Assembly (NCBI GenBank): GCA_964106645.2
Contig: OZ067051.1
From: Podarcis pityusensis
Taxonomy: Eukaryota
Length of the DNA: 64,000 nucleotides
Reading direction: 5' to 3' (one strand)
Made by a program: the position numbers and the translations under genes. Position 1 is the stretch's first letter. Every line of letters begins with the position of its first letter. The notes beneath the pieces were generated by a model. That model was not told the DNA's origin. It was given only the letters and a program-made list of their open reading frames with translations, and made no database searches. This document shows, in pieces, positions 11,451-22,119 of this stretch.

Positions 11451-14096
11451 AGGCAACAGGGGAACACCTGGTACTGGGGATATCAGCTTCATTGAAGAAA
11501 CAGAGGAGGTGTTCCAGAAATGAGAAGGCAGGGTCACAAAACCTTCAAAACAATTTTACTTCACTTGAGGAAAGCTGAGCTAAGGAACTCCTTGTCACAA
11601 GGAAAATGTTGCAGCAAAGAAATTTAGCAATTTCCAAAGATGGGTCAGATATTAGTGGAAAGAGATGTCATTAATGGTATCAACAAAATAACTGCCAGCT
11701 GATTGTGCCAAACTCTGCCTCCATCTGCCACCACTTTGTGACTATTTCAAGTGATCCCTAGAGGCAGAAACATTGAGAACACCTGGTATACAGGATTTTA
11801 GCCTAAACAAATATTTAGCAGCAGCAAAATAACACAAAAAAACACAAGAGTGTGATACAATTTAAGATCTAAATTTAAGATCTAAATAACAGTAGAATTT
11901 ATAACTTTGCTATAATCTAAGGCCATTAATATAATGTTAAATTAAAGTTTATTAATAATTCAATTGTTCAGCAAATTCCACCTGGTAAGTTTTGAAATGC
12001 TTGCCTCTTTCAATTGAACTATAGTGATGCTATGGGAGACTAAACTCTTATGTAAGGAAAAAATGATGCCTGTGCAAACTTTTCCCCAAAAGGACTATTA
12101 CTTCTGATTAGAGCTAACAACTGCAGTAAGAGAGCCAGAGAATAATGGATGGCAAAGGATTCTTGCACATCTCTTGGAACATTATAGCCCCCAAAGCACT
12201 AAGGAGCCATCATTGGGGATATTCTGTGGGGAAGAAGTTGACAGTAAGACATACACTACAGCATGTTAAAGGAAAGCCCATGCAAGTGTTAAATTAATAA
12301 GGAAAGTTTGATTGCCGCAGAGAGCTTTTGGTAGAGAAGTAAAATATCTTCCCAATTATACTTTTGTTGTTGAAACGGTGGGCTTGAATTCAGACAAATA
12401 AATTAACAGTTTCTACCTAAAAAAGAAATCACAGGTGCACAAATATCCCATTTGGTATGTTCACATTTTCCTTCCTGTTGTCCTCCTGGAGATATTCATA
12501 CTTCAATGAGCACATTAGAGTGCTCAAGTGCTTCATATACATAATAATATTACATTATCTTTAAATGGGGACTTCCTACTTCACAGCTCTGCCTCTTACA
12601 TTGAAATCCTATTCATGCCTGCTCCGATCATGTAAGTCCCATCCCAAATCCCCTGTGCATCTTGCAGCAACCAGGTGGAAAGACTTCTCTGTTGGTGCTT
12701 CTAGCCTTCTGAATTCCCTACCCCAGACGTACAAACACCAACCTTAGCTGTGTTTTGTTGAAAGACTTATCTATTTCTGAGGATGGCTGCTCTGTGGCCC
12801 CACTGGTCAAAACCAGGTCTTAATGGGCCTTGAAGAATTACTGTATTTTTTTTTTATAATAAAGAAAAAAGTAGTGAATTGATAAGATCAGTTTTGAGCA
12901 CACACATAGTCTCAAAATCAAGCAAACATAGGTAGATGTTCAGATGGGAGATATACCTTATGATCAAACAAATATTAAAACAATCACCTCATGGAACCCT
13001 CTGTTTAAAAACATCCTACCAAACTGGCTCATTTTCAGCTATGTCTGCCATGGGGCATTCCCACCATAGGTTAGAATATGATCTTCAGAAACCCACATGG
13101 TTTTTTTATACATAAATGCAAGAAGCAAGACGTATGATTATTGCCCCCACCCCTCAACAACCGCTTGCCATAATTTGCAATTCATGGTATCAAATGACAA
13201 AGAACATATTTGCTCGAAGCCTTGCCCCACTTCAGGACAATGATTTACTGCAAGCTGTTTTTGAATCACTGCAGTTTTAATGTAATTGACTTCTGCAGCA
13301 TTAGGCAACTTGGCAAACGTCATCTCTGTAACCACTGTATTCTGAATTTTTGACAATTTATTTTGAACTTCTCCCTAGTACACACTCAGACAGATTGTAT
13401 GTTTATTTTTCACATCAATCAATGCAGGGAAGGACGTACTGCAAGAAAGGGAAACCCATAGAGCTCTTTGTCGGAAAAGAAGAAAGGAAAACATCAATAA
13501 TTTAGTACTGTCTTTGTTAATTTCATTTTTCACTCTCAGGCATTCAATTAAAGTGTCACGTAATAAAAGCAGCCGGTAAAATGAAAATCCAAATCCTATT
13601 AAGTGTCAAAGATGTTAAATCTACAAAACTAACACATTCCTTGCTCTAAGACGATTTAGCAACTTTTTAATGCTGTCAGCAAATATCCCAACTGAATAGT
13701 GTTTCGCGGATAGTGTTTTGGCTATCAAATACAATCATTGCAATACACTGAAATAATGAGCCTCATAGGCCTCTTTAACCTTATACAATCTGAGTTACAC
13801 AATTTTGTATCCACCAGTTTTGTTTAGGGTGTGATTTGAAATATAACTTCAAAGAACATTTCTTTCAATCACATTCTAAACAAAATGTCCTCGTTTGCAT
13901 TTTTAAAAAAATGTTTAAAACAAACAAAGCATACTTCTTCCTTTTTCGTTAAGGAGGCTGTGTTGGATCCTAATGGCGGCCTGTTTAGTTCAGCATCCCA
14001 TTTAGTTGACATAAAGGTCTTTCTAGTTACCAGGCAATAGTCAATAGATACTATTATTGTACTGTGTATTTGGGGTCTGTGGGCCACAAGAAAGCT

Positions 14097-14123
14097 GTGT
14101 GTGTGTGTGTGTGTGTGTGTGTG
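14097..14123. repeat. (GT)n microsatellite
   Basis: Direct reading. Confidence 0.95.
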
Positions 14124-14271
14124 CATTCTGTTTAGGCAAAATGCCTCTGGGAAGCCCAGGCTTCCAAGTAAGGCGTAAAAGCAAGGGACCCCTTCTCTTA
14201 ACTTAAAACTTTGACGGCATATTCCATAAAACTTGCTACAAATGTGTCTTCTTTTCAAGAATGTTTTAAGG

Positions 14272-14407
14272 CAGGCTTCCTCAACCTCGGCCCTCCAGAT
14301 ATTTTGAGACTACAGTTCCCATCATCCCTGACCACTGGTCCTGCTAGCTAGGGATCAAGGAAGTTGTAGGCTAAAACCATGTGGAGGGCCGAGGTTGAGG
14401 AAGCCTG
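14272..14407. mobile_element. hAT (Charlie-like) MITE
   Basis: TIRs caggcttcctcaacctcggccctcca...tggagggccgaggttgaggaagcctg; 8-bp TSD ttttaagg/ttttaaga. Confidence 0.92.
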
Positions 14408-14449
14408 TTTTAAGACAACAGTTGATGCAGTCTTACACTCAGATACATT

Positions 14450-14568
14450 GGGTAGTATCCATCTAAGTTCTACTCAAACTAGACCAATTGAAATTAATGG
14501 GCATGACTAATTTGGGTCCATTAATGTCAATGGGTCTACTCTGAGTATGACTTCAGTTGGATGCAACC
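14450..14568. repeat. Short palindromic (hairpin) interspersed element
   Basis: Arms ggtagtatccatctaagttctactca...ccaattgaaattaatgg and ccattaatgtcaatgggtctactctgagtatgactt...ggatgcaacc are near reverse complements. A decayed relative lies at ~1780-1878. Confidence 0.7.
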
Positions 14569-14599
14569 TATATTTACATTGATTTCAAATATATATTCT

Positions 14600-15215
14600 G
14601 GGTAAATTGAGAGCAATTTGGAAAGTAAAAGCAATGTTGTTTACAGATAATGCGTTCCTCTTTATAAACAACACGGCTGATGCAATCCCTGAGCTGAAGC
14701 AGCTCCTTCAGGAATTCTATGATATCTCTGGTTTAGGAGTAAATTAACAGAAGTTGGCACTGCTGTGCATAGCAACACCCTCGGAGGCACAATGATGATT
14801 AGGAAATGACATGCGGCTACTTCTCTGCAAGCCTAGTAGAAACACATATGTGTAATTTTGTCTAAGGAAGCTCTGCAGCTTAAAAAAACCCCACACAATT
14901 ATGCTCCATTGGTTCAAGAGGTCAAGTGGGAATTGTGATCCTGGTACAAGTTGCAGCTCACATGGCTTGGGAAGGATGCAGCAGTAAAGATGGCTATCCC
15001 TCCAGAAGTATCTATACCTGTTCCAAAGTCTCCCTGTATCGTTAGAACAAAATCAGAAGGCCAGGGTTAAGAAAGATAAAATGGATACCAAACGAGGGTT
15101 GGGAGCTCCACACCTGCAATTTTATTTTGATGTGTGTAATCTTAAGCAACTGATTCATGTGTTGTAGGGAGAAACAATGATGTGAACTGGGTAATCCTGA
15201 AGCAGGTCTGAACCT
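14600..15215 (+). mobile_element. Old L1-clade LINE RT fragment
   Basis: Disrupted translation: MLFTDNAFLFI...LQEFYDISGLGVN; NYAPLVQEVK...W.KLQLTWLGKDAAVKM...YLYLFQSLPV; GLGAPHLQFYF. These are L1-type RT and post-RT motifs. Confidence 0.8.
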
Positions 15216-15217
15216 AG

Positions 15218-17821
15218 ACTGAAAGGGAAGATTGTTCTTTCAGGGCTCTACCTTCGCCATCGATCCCCGGCATTGAATGTGTTGGCCTAGTGTGGGGCTC
15301 CGAGGAGAGCTTGGCTGTCTGGCTGGTGTACCGGCCACCTAGCGCACCATCAGCCACCCTGTCAGGCCTGCTGGAGGCGGTGGCCGGCTGGGCCTTGGAG
15401 TTCCCTAACCTATTGGTATTGGGAGACTTCAACTTCCACGCTGATGCCACTCCCTCCTCACAGGCTCTGGACCTGGTGTCTTCCATGGCGACACTAGGGC
15501 TCTCCCAGTTTGTTTCGGGCCCCACACATCAAGCAGGCCACACGCTGGATTTGATCTTTGGCGCCGGTATAGATGTGATCATGTCTCCTTCGATGAAGGT
15601 GCCATGGTCTGATCACTACGCTCTGAAAGCCAGGATTGACTTTCCACCCCCACCCTGCTTAGGTGGCGAGCCGATTTGGGCTCGCCCGCAGAGGCTGATG
15701 GACCCTGATAGATTCCGTCAAGCCTTGCGGGACCTTGCTCCCCCTGGCGACTCATTGACTGAGCTTGTTGAGGGCTGGAATACCCAGCTCCTGGCAGCCA
15801 TCGATGAGATCGCACCAAAGCGCCCTCTGCGACCCCGCAGAAACCGGGCTCCCTGGTTTACCGAGGAGCTTCGGAAAATGAAGCGGGACCTCAGACGGCT
15901 AGAGCGAGTATGGCGGGGTGCCCGTGACGGAGCCTCAAGAACATCTTATAGGGTTTTTATGAAAACCTATGAGATGGCAGTGAAGGCCGCTAAGAAGTCT
16001 TACTTCTCGGCCTCCATTGCATCCGCTAGCTCTCGCCCGGCGCAATTATTTAGTATAATTCGGTCTTTAACGTCCCTTGAAGGACAGCCAAATTTAAATA
16101 ACAATCTGACACACAGCTGTGAGGCATTTGCGAGCTTTTTTGCGGAAAAGGTCCTGTTGCTCCGCCATGACCTCCCTGCCAATTTGGATACATTAAAGGA
16201 ACTGGAGGCCCCTCGACTGTCCTCGGGTCCAGTATTGGACCACTTTGACCGGATATCTCCAGCCGATGTGGACAGATTCCTCCAAGCTGGAAAGCCCACC
16301 ACCTGTCCTCTTGACCCATGCCCGTCATGGCTGATTAGAGCGTGTCCAGACGAGGTGCGGGCCCCCCTGGGGGATATTATCAATTTGTCCCTTGGCACCG
16401 GGATATTCCCAGGGGAACTGAAGGAGGCAGTGGTGCGTCCGCTCTTAAAGAAAACATCATTAAATCCCTCAGATCTATCCAATTACCGCCCGGTCTCGAA
16501 TCTTCCATTCCTGGGTAAGGTGATTGAGAGAGCGGTTGCTGAACAGCTTGGTAGGTTTCTGGATGAAACATCTGCTTTGGATCCATTCCAGTCCGGCTTC
16601 CGCGCTGGTCATGGGACCGAGACGGCTCTGGTCGCCCTAACAGATGATCTCCGCAGGCAGCTGGATCGAGGTGGGTCGGGGCTGCTGATTCTTCTAGATC
16701 TGTCAGCAGCCTTTGACATGGTCGATCACGAACTCCTGGACCACCGCCTTGCCAACGTGGGGATCCAGGGCACAGTCCTTCAATGGCTGCGCTCGTTTCT
16801 CTCTGGTCGGGGACAGAGGGTGGCGCTTGGGGGGGAATTGTCATCGCACCACTCCTTGGTGTGTGGAGTGCCTCAGGGTGCGATTCTCTCCCCGATGCTT
16901 TTCAACATCTTTATGCGCCCCCTCGCCCAGCTTGTCCGGAGTTTTGGGCTGGGTTGCCATCAGTATGCTGATGACACCCAACTCTATCTGTTGATGGATG
17001 GCCATCCTGACTCGGCCCCAGACACACTGACCAGATGTCTGGAAGCTGTGGCTGGATGGTTACGTGGGAGCCGGTTGAAGTTAAATCCTTCGAAGACAGA
17101 GGTCCTCTGGCTGGGGCGGGACGATATGGGATTGAGGGGGCAACTCCCATCTCTTGCGGGGGTGCAATTAGTGCCAGCACCGTCCGTTAAGAGTTTGGGT
17201 GTAATCTTCGATACCTCCCTTTCTATGGAGGCGCAGATTATAGCTATAACAAAGGCGGCATTTTTTCATCTCCGCCAAGCTAAGCAGTTGGCCCCTTATC
17301 TCTCTCGCCCTGACCTAGCCACTGTGATCCATGCGACGGTCACCTCCAGACTGGATTATTGTAACTCGCTCTACGTGGGGCTGCCCTTGAGACTGACCCA
17401 GAAACTCCAGCGGGTGCAGAATGCCGCGGCGAGACTCCTTATGGGGTCTTCGCTGCGAGATCACATTCATCCGGTACTATACCAGCTGCACTGGCTCCCG
17501 GTGGAGTACAGGATCAGGTTTAAGGTGCTGGTTTTAACCTTTAAAGCCCTATACGGCCTAGGACCCTCGTACCTACGGGACCGCCTCTCCTGGTATGCCC
17601 CACAGAGAAACCTACGGTCTGCAAATAATAACATCCTCAAGGTCCCAGGCCTCAGAGAGGTTAGGCTGGCCTCAACTAGAGCCAGGGCCTTCTCGGCTGC
17701 GGCTCCAATCTGGTGGAATGCTCTGTCACAAGAGACTAGGGCCCTGCGGGACTTGACATCTTTCCGCAGGGCCTGCAAGACAGAGTTGTTCCGCCAGGCC
17801 TTTGATCAGGGCGCAGCCTGA
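15218..17821 (+). CDS. L2 ORF2 (APE endonuclease C-terminal part + reverse transcriptase), N-terminally truncated
   Basis: Frame is open from 15218 (REDCSFRALP...) to TGA at 17821. EN motifs VYRPP, LGDFN, GHTLDL, WSDH; RT motifs NYRPVSNL, QSGFR, LLDLSAAFD, GVPQG, QYADDTQ, LNPSKTE. No native start codon. Confidence 0.92.
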   Translation, partial: TEREDCSFRALPSPSIPGIECVGLVWGSEESLAVWLVYRPPSAPSATLSGLLEAVAGWALEFPNLLVLGDFNFHADATPSSQALDLVSSMATLGLSQFVSGPTHQAGHTLDLIFGAGIDVIMSPSMKVPWSDHYALKARIDFPPPPCLGGEPIWARPQRLMDPDRFRQALRDLAPPGDSLTELVEGWNTQLLAAIDEIAPKRPLRPRRNRAPWFTEELRKMKRDLRRLERVWRGARDGASRTSYRVFMKTYEMAVKAAKKSYFSASIASASSRPAQLFSIIRSLTSLEGQPNLNNNLTHSCEAFASFFAEKVLLLRHDLPANLDTLKELEAPRLSSGPVLDHFDRISPADVDRFLQAGKPTTCPLDPCPSWLIRACPDEVRAPLGDIINLSLGTGIFPGELKEAVVRPLLKKTSLNPSDLSNYRPVSNLPFLGKVIERAVAEQLGRFLDETSALDPFQSGFRAGHGTETALVALTDDLRRQLDRGGSGLLILLDLSAAFDMVDHELLDHRLANVGIQGTVLQWLRSFLSGRGQRVALGGELSSHHSLVCGVPQGAILSPMLFNIFMRPLAQLVRSFGLGCHQYADDTQLYLLMDGHPDSAPDTLTRCLEAVAGWLRGSRLKLNPSKTEVLWLGRDDMGLRGQLPSLAGVQLVPAPSVKSLGVIFDTSLSMEAQIIAITKAAFFHLRQAKQLAPYLSRPDLATVIHATVTSRLDYCNSLYVGLPLRLTQKLQRVQNAAARLLMGSSLRDHIHPVLYQLHWLPVEYRIRFKVLVLTFKALYGLGPSYLRDRLSWYAPQRNLRSANNNILKVPGLREVRLASTRARAFSAAAPIWWNALSQETRALRDLTSFRRACKTELFRQAFDQGAA

Positions 17822-18022
17822 CTCCCTCCTCTGGCAACCTGCACAGAACTTTGCTTAATTGGTTGCCATCAATTTGATTTAATTAATTTTTATAATGAAA
17901 TATTTTTAGATTGTGTGATTATTTGATTTTTTGATTATTTGATTGTTGTTAGCCGCCCTGAGCCCGGCTTCGGCTGGGGAGGGCGGGATATAAATAAAAT
18001 TTATTATTATTATTATTATTAT
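15221..18022 (+). mobile_element. Young 5'-truncated L2 LINE
   Basis: Uninterrupted ORF2, 3' UTR with GC-rich stem-loop (ccgccctgagcccggcttcggctggggagggcgg) and (TAT)n tail. GC- and CpG-rich compared with its flanks. Confidence 0.95.
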
Positions 18023-18023
18023 T

Positions 18024-18630
18024 AGAGGTTTCCAACCTTTTTGAGTCCATGGCTCCCTTGACCAACTACATTCTTTCTGCGGCACCCCTGTGGGGCTCAG
18101 GGGCCCAGTTATCTCACCCTTTGCTTGAAGAGCTGGCAGCCTCTTACTCTTTTTCAAACACCTTCCCTTGTGGTGGGTTCCCTCAGGCTCCTCTCCTCTC
18201 CCCTCTCCTTGGGGGTTCTCTGGGTAGCCAATGCCCCTGGTCTCTTAGCTACCTCCATGCCCCAAAGCAAGGTGCCTCCTCACACTGCCCCACAGGGGCC
18301 TGGGACTTGTCTCTCCATTCCCAACAGCAAGAGCTGATGGACTGGCTGGCTGGGCTCCTTCACCCACTTGCTTTAGTCCTAGTCTGAGGCCACCTCAGCT
18401 CCTGGCAACCAACATCCCTTGACCAGCCCAGAGGTACCATTCACCTGAGGAGCTTGTAGCCAGGGCTGCTGCACCAAACAGCTGTGCAAACCTTTGAGAG
18501 GAAGAGACATGAGAGAGAATCAGTGGAGAGAGGGAAGGCAAGAGGGACAGAGGCCAGTGTTGCCCGTGGCACCCCTGACCATCATTCAAGGCACCCCAGG
18601 GTACCACAGCACACTGGTTCAAAACCACTG
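18024..18630. mobile_element. Non-autonomous hAT (Charlie-like) element
   Basis: Left end (c)agaggtttccaacc, right end ggttcaaaaccactg followed by gtctagat (Charlie-type xTCTAGAx target). The left terminus abuts the L2 tail. Confidence 0.65.
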
Positions 18631-18751
18631 GTCTAGATGATCAATTTCATTCAACAATGCCTACAACTGCTCTACTACAACCTTCTGAATCACCTTCCCA
18701 AGACAAAGTGCATTAGCTCTCGGTCAGCAATTATTGCATAGGATCCAATGT

Positions 18752-18752
<1 letters not shown>

Positions 18753-18797
<45 letters not shown>
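18753..18797. repeat. (ATT)n microsatellite
   Basis: Direct reading; abuts the minus-strand L2 fragment. Confidence 0.95.
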
Positions 18798-18799
<2 letters not shown>

Positions 18800-20185
18800 A
18801 TCCACCACAACCTGAAGCAGCTTGGGCAGGGAATCTTTGGTGCAGTGGGGAGGTCAGTACAGCAAAAGGAATCCTGTACTGCCCCTATTAAGGGACATAG
18901 GTGGCACTGTGGTCTAAACCACTGAGCCTTGGACTTGCCGATCAGAAGGTTGGTGGTTCGAATCCCCGCGACGGGAGGAGCTCCCGTTGCTTGCTCCCTG
19001 CTCCTTCCAACCTAGCAGTTCAAAAGCACATCAAGTGCAAGTAGATAAATAGGTACCACTCCGGTGGGAAGGTAAACAGTGTTTCTGTGTGCTGCTCTGG
19101 TTCACCAGAAGCAGCTTAGTCATGCTGGCCACATGACCCAGAAGCTGTACGCTGGCTCCCTCGTCCTATAGAGCAAGATGAGCACTGCAACCCCAGAGTC
19201 ATCCGCGACTGGACCTAATGGTCAGGGGTGCCTTTACCTTTACCTTTACTGTCCCTATTGCCCAACTTCCAGAACATGCACTCAGAAAACTGGGTCTTCT
19301 CAATAGGATGGCTGATGCAAGCTAATGACTTCATAAAAATCACTGCAACCACCACCACCTGCCACCCACATGACCTGGGTTGCTGCGCATAAGAGAAACC
19401 TGGTGGACAAGCAGTGGCAAGAACAGGCCCATCTGCCTTGTCCATCCAAGTCTCCGTTACACATGCCAGGTCAATTCCTCCATCCACAATCATGTCGTGG
19501 ATGGCAGTGGTCTTGTGAATTATTGACCTGGCATTGCACAGTAGCATCCTAAGGTTTTGTGGGTCTCCCTTGTTGATTCCAGTATCCTTCCAGTCAAGAC
19601 CAGACCCAGAGGCAGGGATAGTCTTCAAACAATGACTAAACCTGCCTCCTCAGTAGTGACATGGTCTGGTCTTAGCGTAACTTCTCCTCCTACCTGTGAT
19701 CAATGAGATCAGGTGTCCCAGTGCATCTCCCCCTGTAGAACCTACCCCAGCCATTCTGTTGGCTGGGGCCCACTCTCAGGCAGCCCTGAGCCTCTCCCCA
19801 TCAGAACAGAATACAGTATGTTATGCAGACTATACAATAAACCAATAAAACAGTAGAAACTAATAATAAGAAACAAAATTTACAGTTAAACTAAAACTAA
19901 AATAATCCCCCACCCCAACTAAATGTTTATCCCACCCCCCAAAACAGCAAAAGGGGGGGGGCAGATTAAAAACTATTTAAAAACATTTAAAAGCATTTTC
20001 GACAGTTGCCCCAACCCCAGCGTTTGCCCCCGTGAATCTGGGCTCTTCAGCACTCACAGCAGGGCACTATCCCTCTGGCCTCCCAGGAGTCTCTTATGTT
20101 GAGCAGGGTGAGTCTGGGCCCTGCCCCCTAGGCCAGGTGGAAAGGGCCTTGTAGGGAGCGGCCTTCAGCACTCACAGCAGGACAT
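18798..20185 (-). mobile_element. 5' portion of an older L2 LINE (putative 5' UTR + N-terminal endonuclease), interrupted by a Sauria SINE
   Basis: Minus-strand ATG at 19754 is in frame with LRMLLCNARSIIHKTTAIHDMIVDGGIDLACVTETW...PPGFSYAQQPR. Beyond the SINE the endonuclease continues at 18798-18890 (NRGSTGFLLLY*PP..KDSLPKLL). Confidence 0.85.
18892..19246 (+). mobile_element. Sauria SINE
   Basis: tRNA-like head with B box ggttcgaatccc, Sauria SINE body (aagtgcaagtagataaataggtacc), (accttt)n tail, 13-bp TSD tactgcccctatt/tactgtccctatt. Confidence 0.95.
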
Positions 20186-20199
20186 CGTTTGTTGTTGTT

Positions 20200-20430
20200 T
20201 TTTATGAGAGATTGCACCATGCCTCTTTCAAAGCAGTAGGCACAAAGTCATCCCATAGTGATGCATTCCTCACACCCTGGACCCATCCGGTCATTTCCTG
20301 CTGGTTAGATATTACTAACCACAAGGGAGACAGGGATCAATTAAGCATGTGGTAAGATGTAGAGCTGCAAGAACTCTGTCGACATCTTCAGGTAACGTCA
20401 ACTGAAAAGGGATCCTATCAAAGGAGGCTT
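20200..20430 (-). mobile_element. L2 ORF2 internal fragment (decayed)
   Basis: Minus strand reads DVDRVLAALHLTTCLIDPC...GWVQGVRNASL...VPTALKEA, homologous to DVDRFLQAGKPTTCPLDPC...LKEAVV of the intact L2. Confidence 0.8.
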
Positions 20431-21504
20431 AACAAGGCATTACACACTTCGTATAGTCCTGCACCAACAATGATGTTAAGATCGCCATGGAGCCAAGCAA
20501 CTTTACCCCCAATGTGACTCTGAAGGGTCTGAGGAAACTCCCTCAGGGGGCAATAACTTACTTCCAAACCTGCCTGAAGAGCTCCACTTCATACTGTCAT
20601 AACTTCTCACTTAATTCCAGTCTCGATTCCCATTTCAGCTCATTTTCTTCTCTAGCCTTTGTTCAAAATGTGGGTTTCCTGGATTCAGCACTGCCATCTA
20701 CCAATCTGCTCTTGGCTCCTACTATTCATACTTGACTGCTAATCCTGCCTGACACTGCACACTGTTCATTTCTTGGAATGCTCACCGACCATTTCTGCCA
20801 AAATATCTGCACTGGCTCTTATCCTGCGCACACCACCTTTGCCACCTTTGCCCCAGTGGTGCAATTCAAATATAAATCCTTCACAAAGCCAGGGCTTTCA
20901 TATGTTTATTCTACAAACGGGTTTACTGATAAGAAGTTTTCAAATGGCACATACTATGTCCATTCAGAGGTGATAGTACTGATGATTTCTCCTATGAGAG
21001 AAAATGTTAAACACCTGCCCAGCATGGTTTGTGGGATACGATCTTTCATTCTGCTATGAGTTGGTTTTATTTTCTTGGTTTTTAATCGACATGCTTCCAG
21101 TAATCTCTGTGCTAACAACCTGCAAAAGCAGACTTCAGACTATGGCAAGTTGTATCCCCACAGACACTCGGTTTCATCTATTATCCAGAGAGAAGTTCTC
21201 CTACTTATGAATAATAATATTGTGTGCACAGAGATTTATACTCTGTATAAATACAGTATCATCAAGACAAGGCAGGTTGAAAGTCGCAAACTACAATAGC
21301 TGTGGTAGGTCAACATTTGCAAGGGTACTGAAAATAATCTGGGTCATTATTGCCACAAGGCAATGGCCATTTTTGAATTATTTATAGAATGTGTAAGGAA
21401 TGTATTATATTATAAAGACTGTATTATATTTTAAATTTTCAGTATTTTCAGTATGTCAGAAAGCTGCCTTAAGTGGTGGATATTAGAGAGTAGTGGATAT
21501 TGGT

Positions 21505-21740
21505 TGTGGCACCCACCCTGTGGAATGCCCTCCCATCAGATGTTAAGGAGATGAGTAATTATATAACATTTAGGAAACATCTGAACGCAGCCCTGTATAG
21601 GAAAGGTTTTTAAGGTTTAAGGTTTTACTATGTTTTTCTATATGCTGGAAGCTGCCCAGAGTGGTTGGGGCAACCAAGTCAGATGGGCGGGGTACAAATA
21701 AATAATTAGTATTAGTATTAGTAGTATTAGTATTATTATT
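21505..21740 (+). mobile_element. L2 3' end followed by compound (TAG/TAT/CAT)n repeats
   Basis: ctgtggaatgccctcccatcagatgttaagg...gctgcccagagtggttggggcaaccaagtcagatgggcggggtacaaataaat; same family as 2288-2637. Confidence 0.8.
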
Positions 21741-22119
21741 AGTATCATCATCATCACCATCATTATCATCATCATCCCTGGAGTTCAGACCAGAACCACA
21801 GCTCTAGGCCAGGTCTCAGAAGAGGGGAGGCATCTCCCATGAAACTATGCTGCTTACAACAGTATATATGGTGGAAAGAGTTGGGAGGCTGATGAAGCAT
21901 TGGTTTACATCTTTACTCAGTCACTAGAAGCAGCAGGAGGGAAACATAGGTGGACCTTAAATTTCTTCCCCCATCCTTATCTGAGGCCCCAGATGATGGT
22001 GGTGGTGATGGTGATGATATGATATTCTGTATGGGAGTATATTATATTTAAAAATGGGGTATCAGAGTTTTTAGGGGGCTAACCTGGTTGTGATGGCTGG
22101 GATAGCAGGCGTGTTGGGT

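Noticed and set aside
11860-11886. Short tandem duplications (tttaagatctaaa x2; similar cases at ~33165 and ~61837)
   Set aside because: Ordinary slippage duplications with no sign of function.
13138-13377. 72-80 codon minus-strand ORF
   Set aside because: No recognised domain and a weak acceptor; length is within chance expectation.
15214-17778. Multiple overlapping and antisense ORFs inside the L2
   Set aside because: By-products of GC-rich LINE coding sequence.
18892-18975. tRNA-like sequence
   Set aside because: It is the Pol III head of a Sauria SINE, not a tRNA gene; the same applies to 28385-28467.
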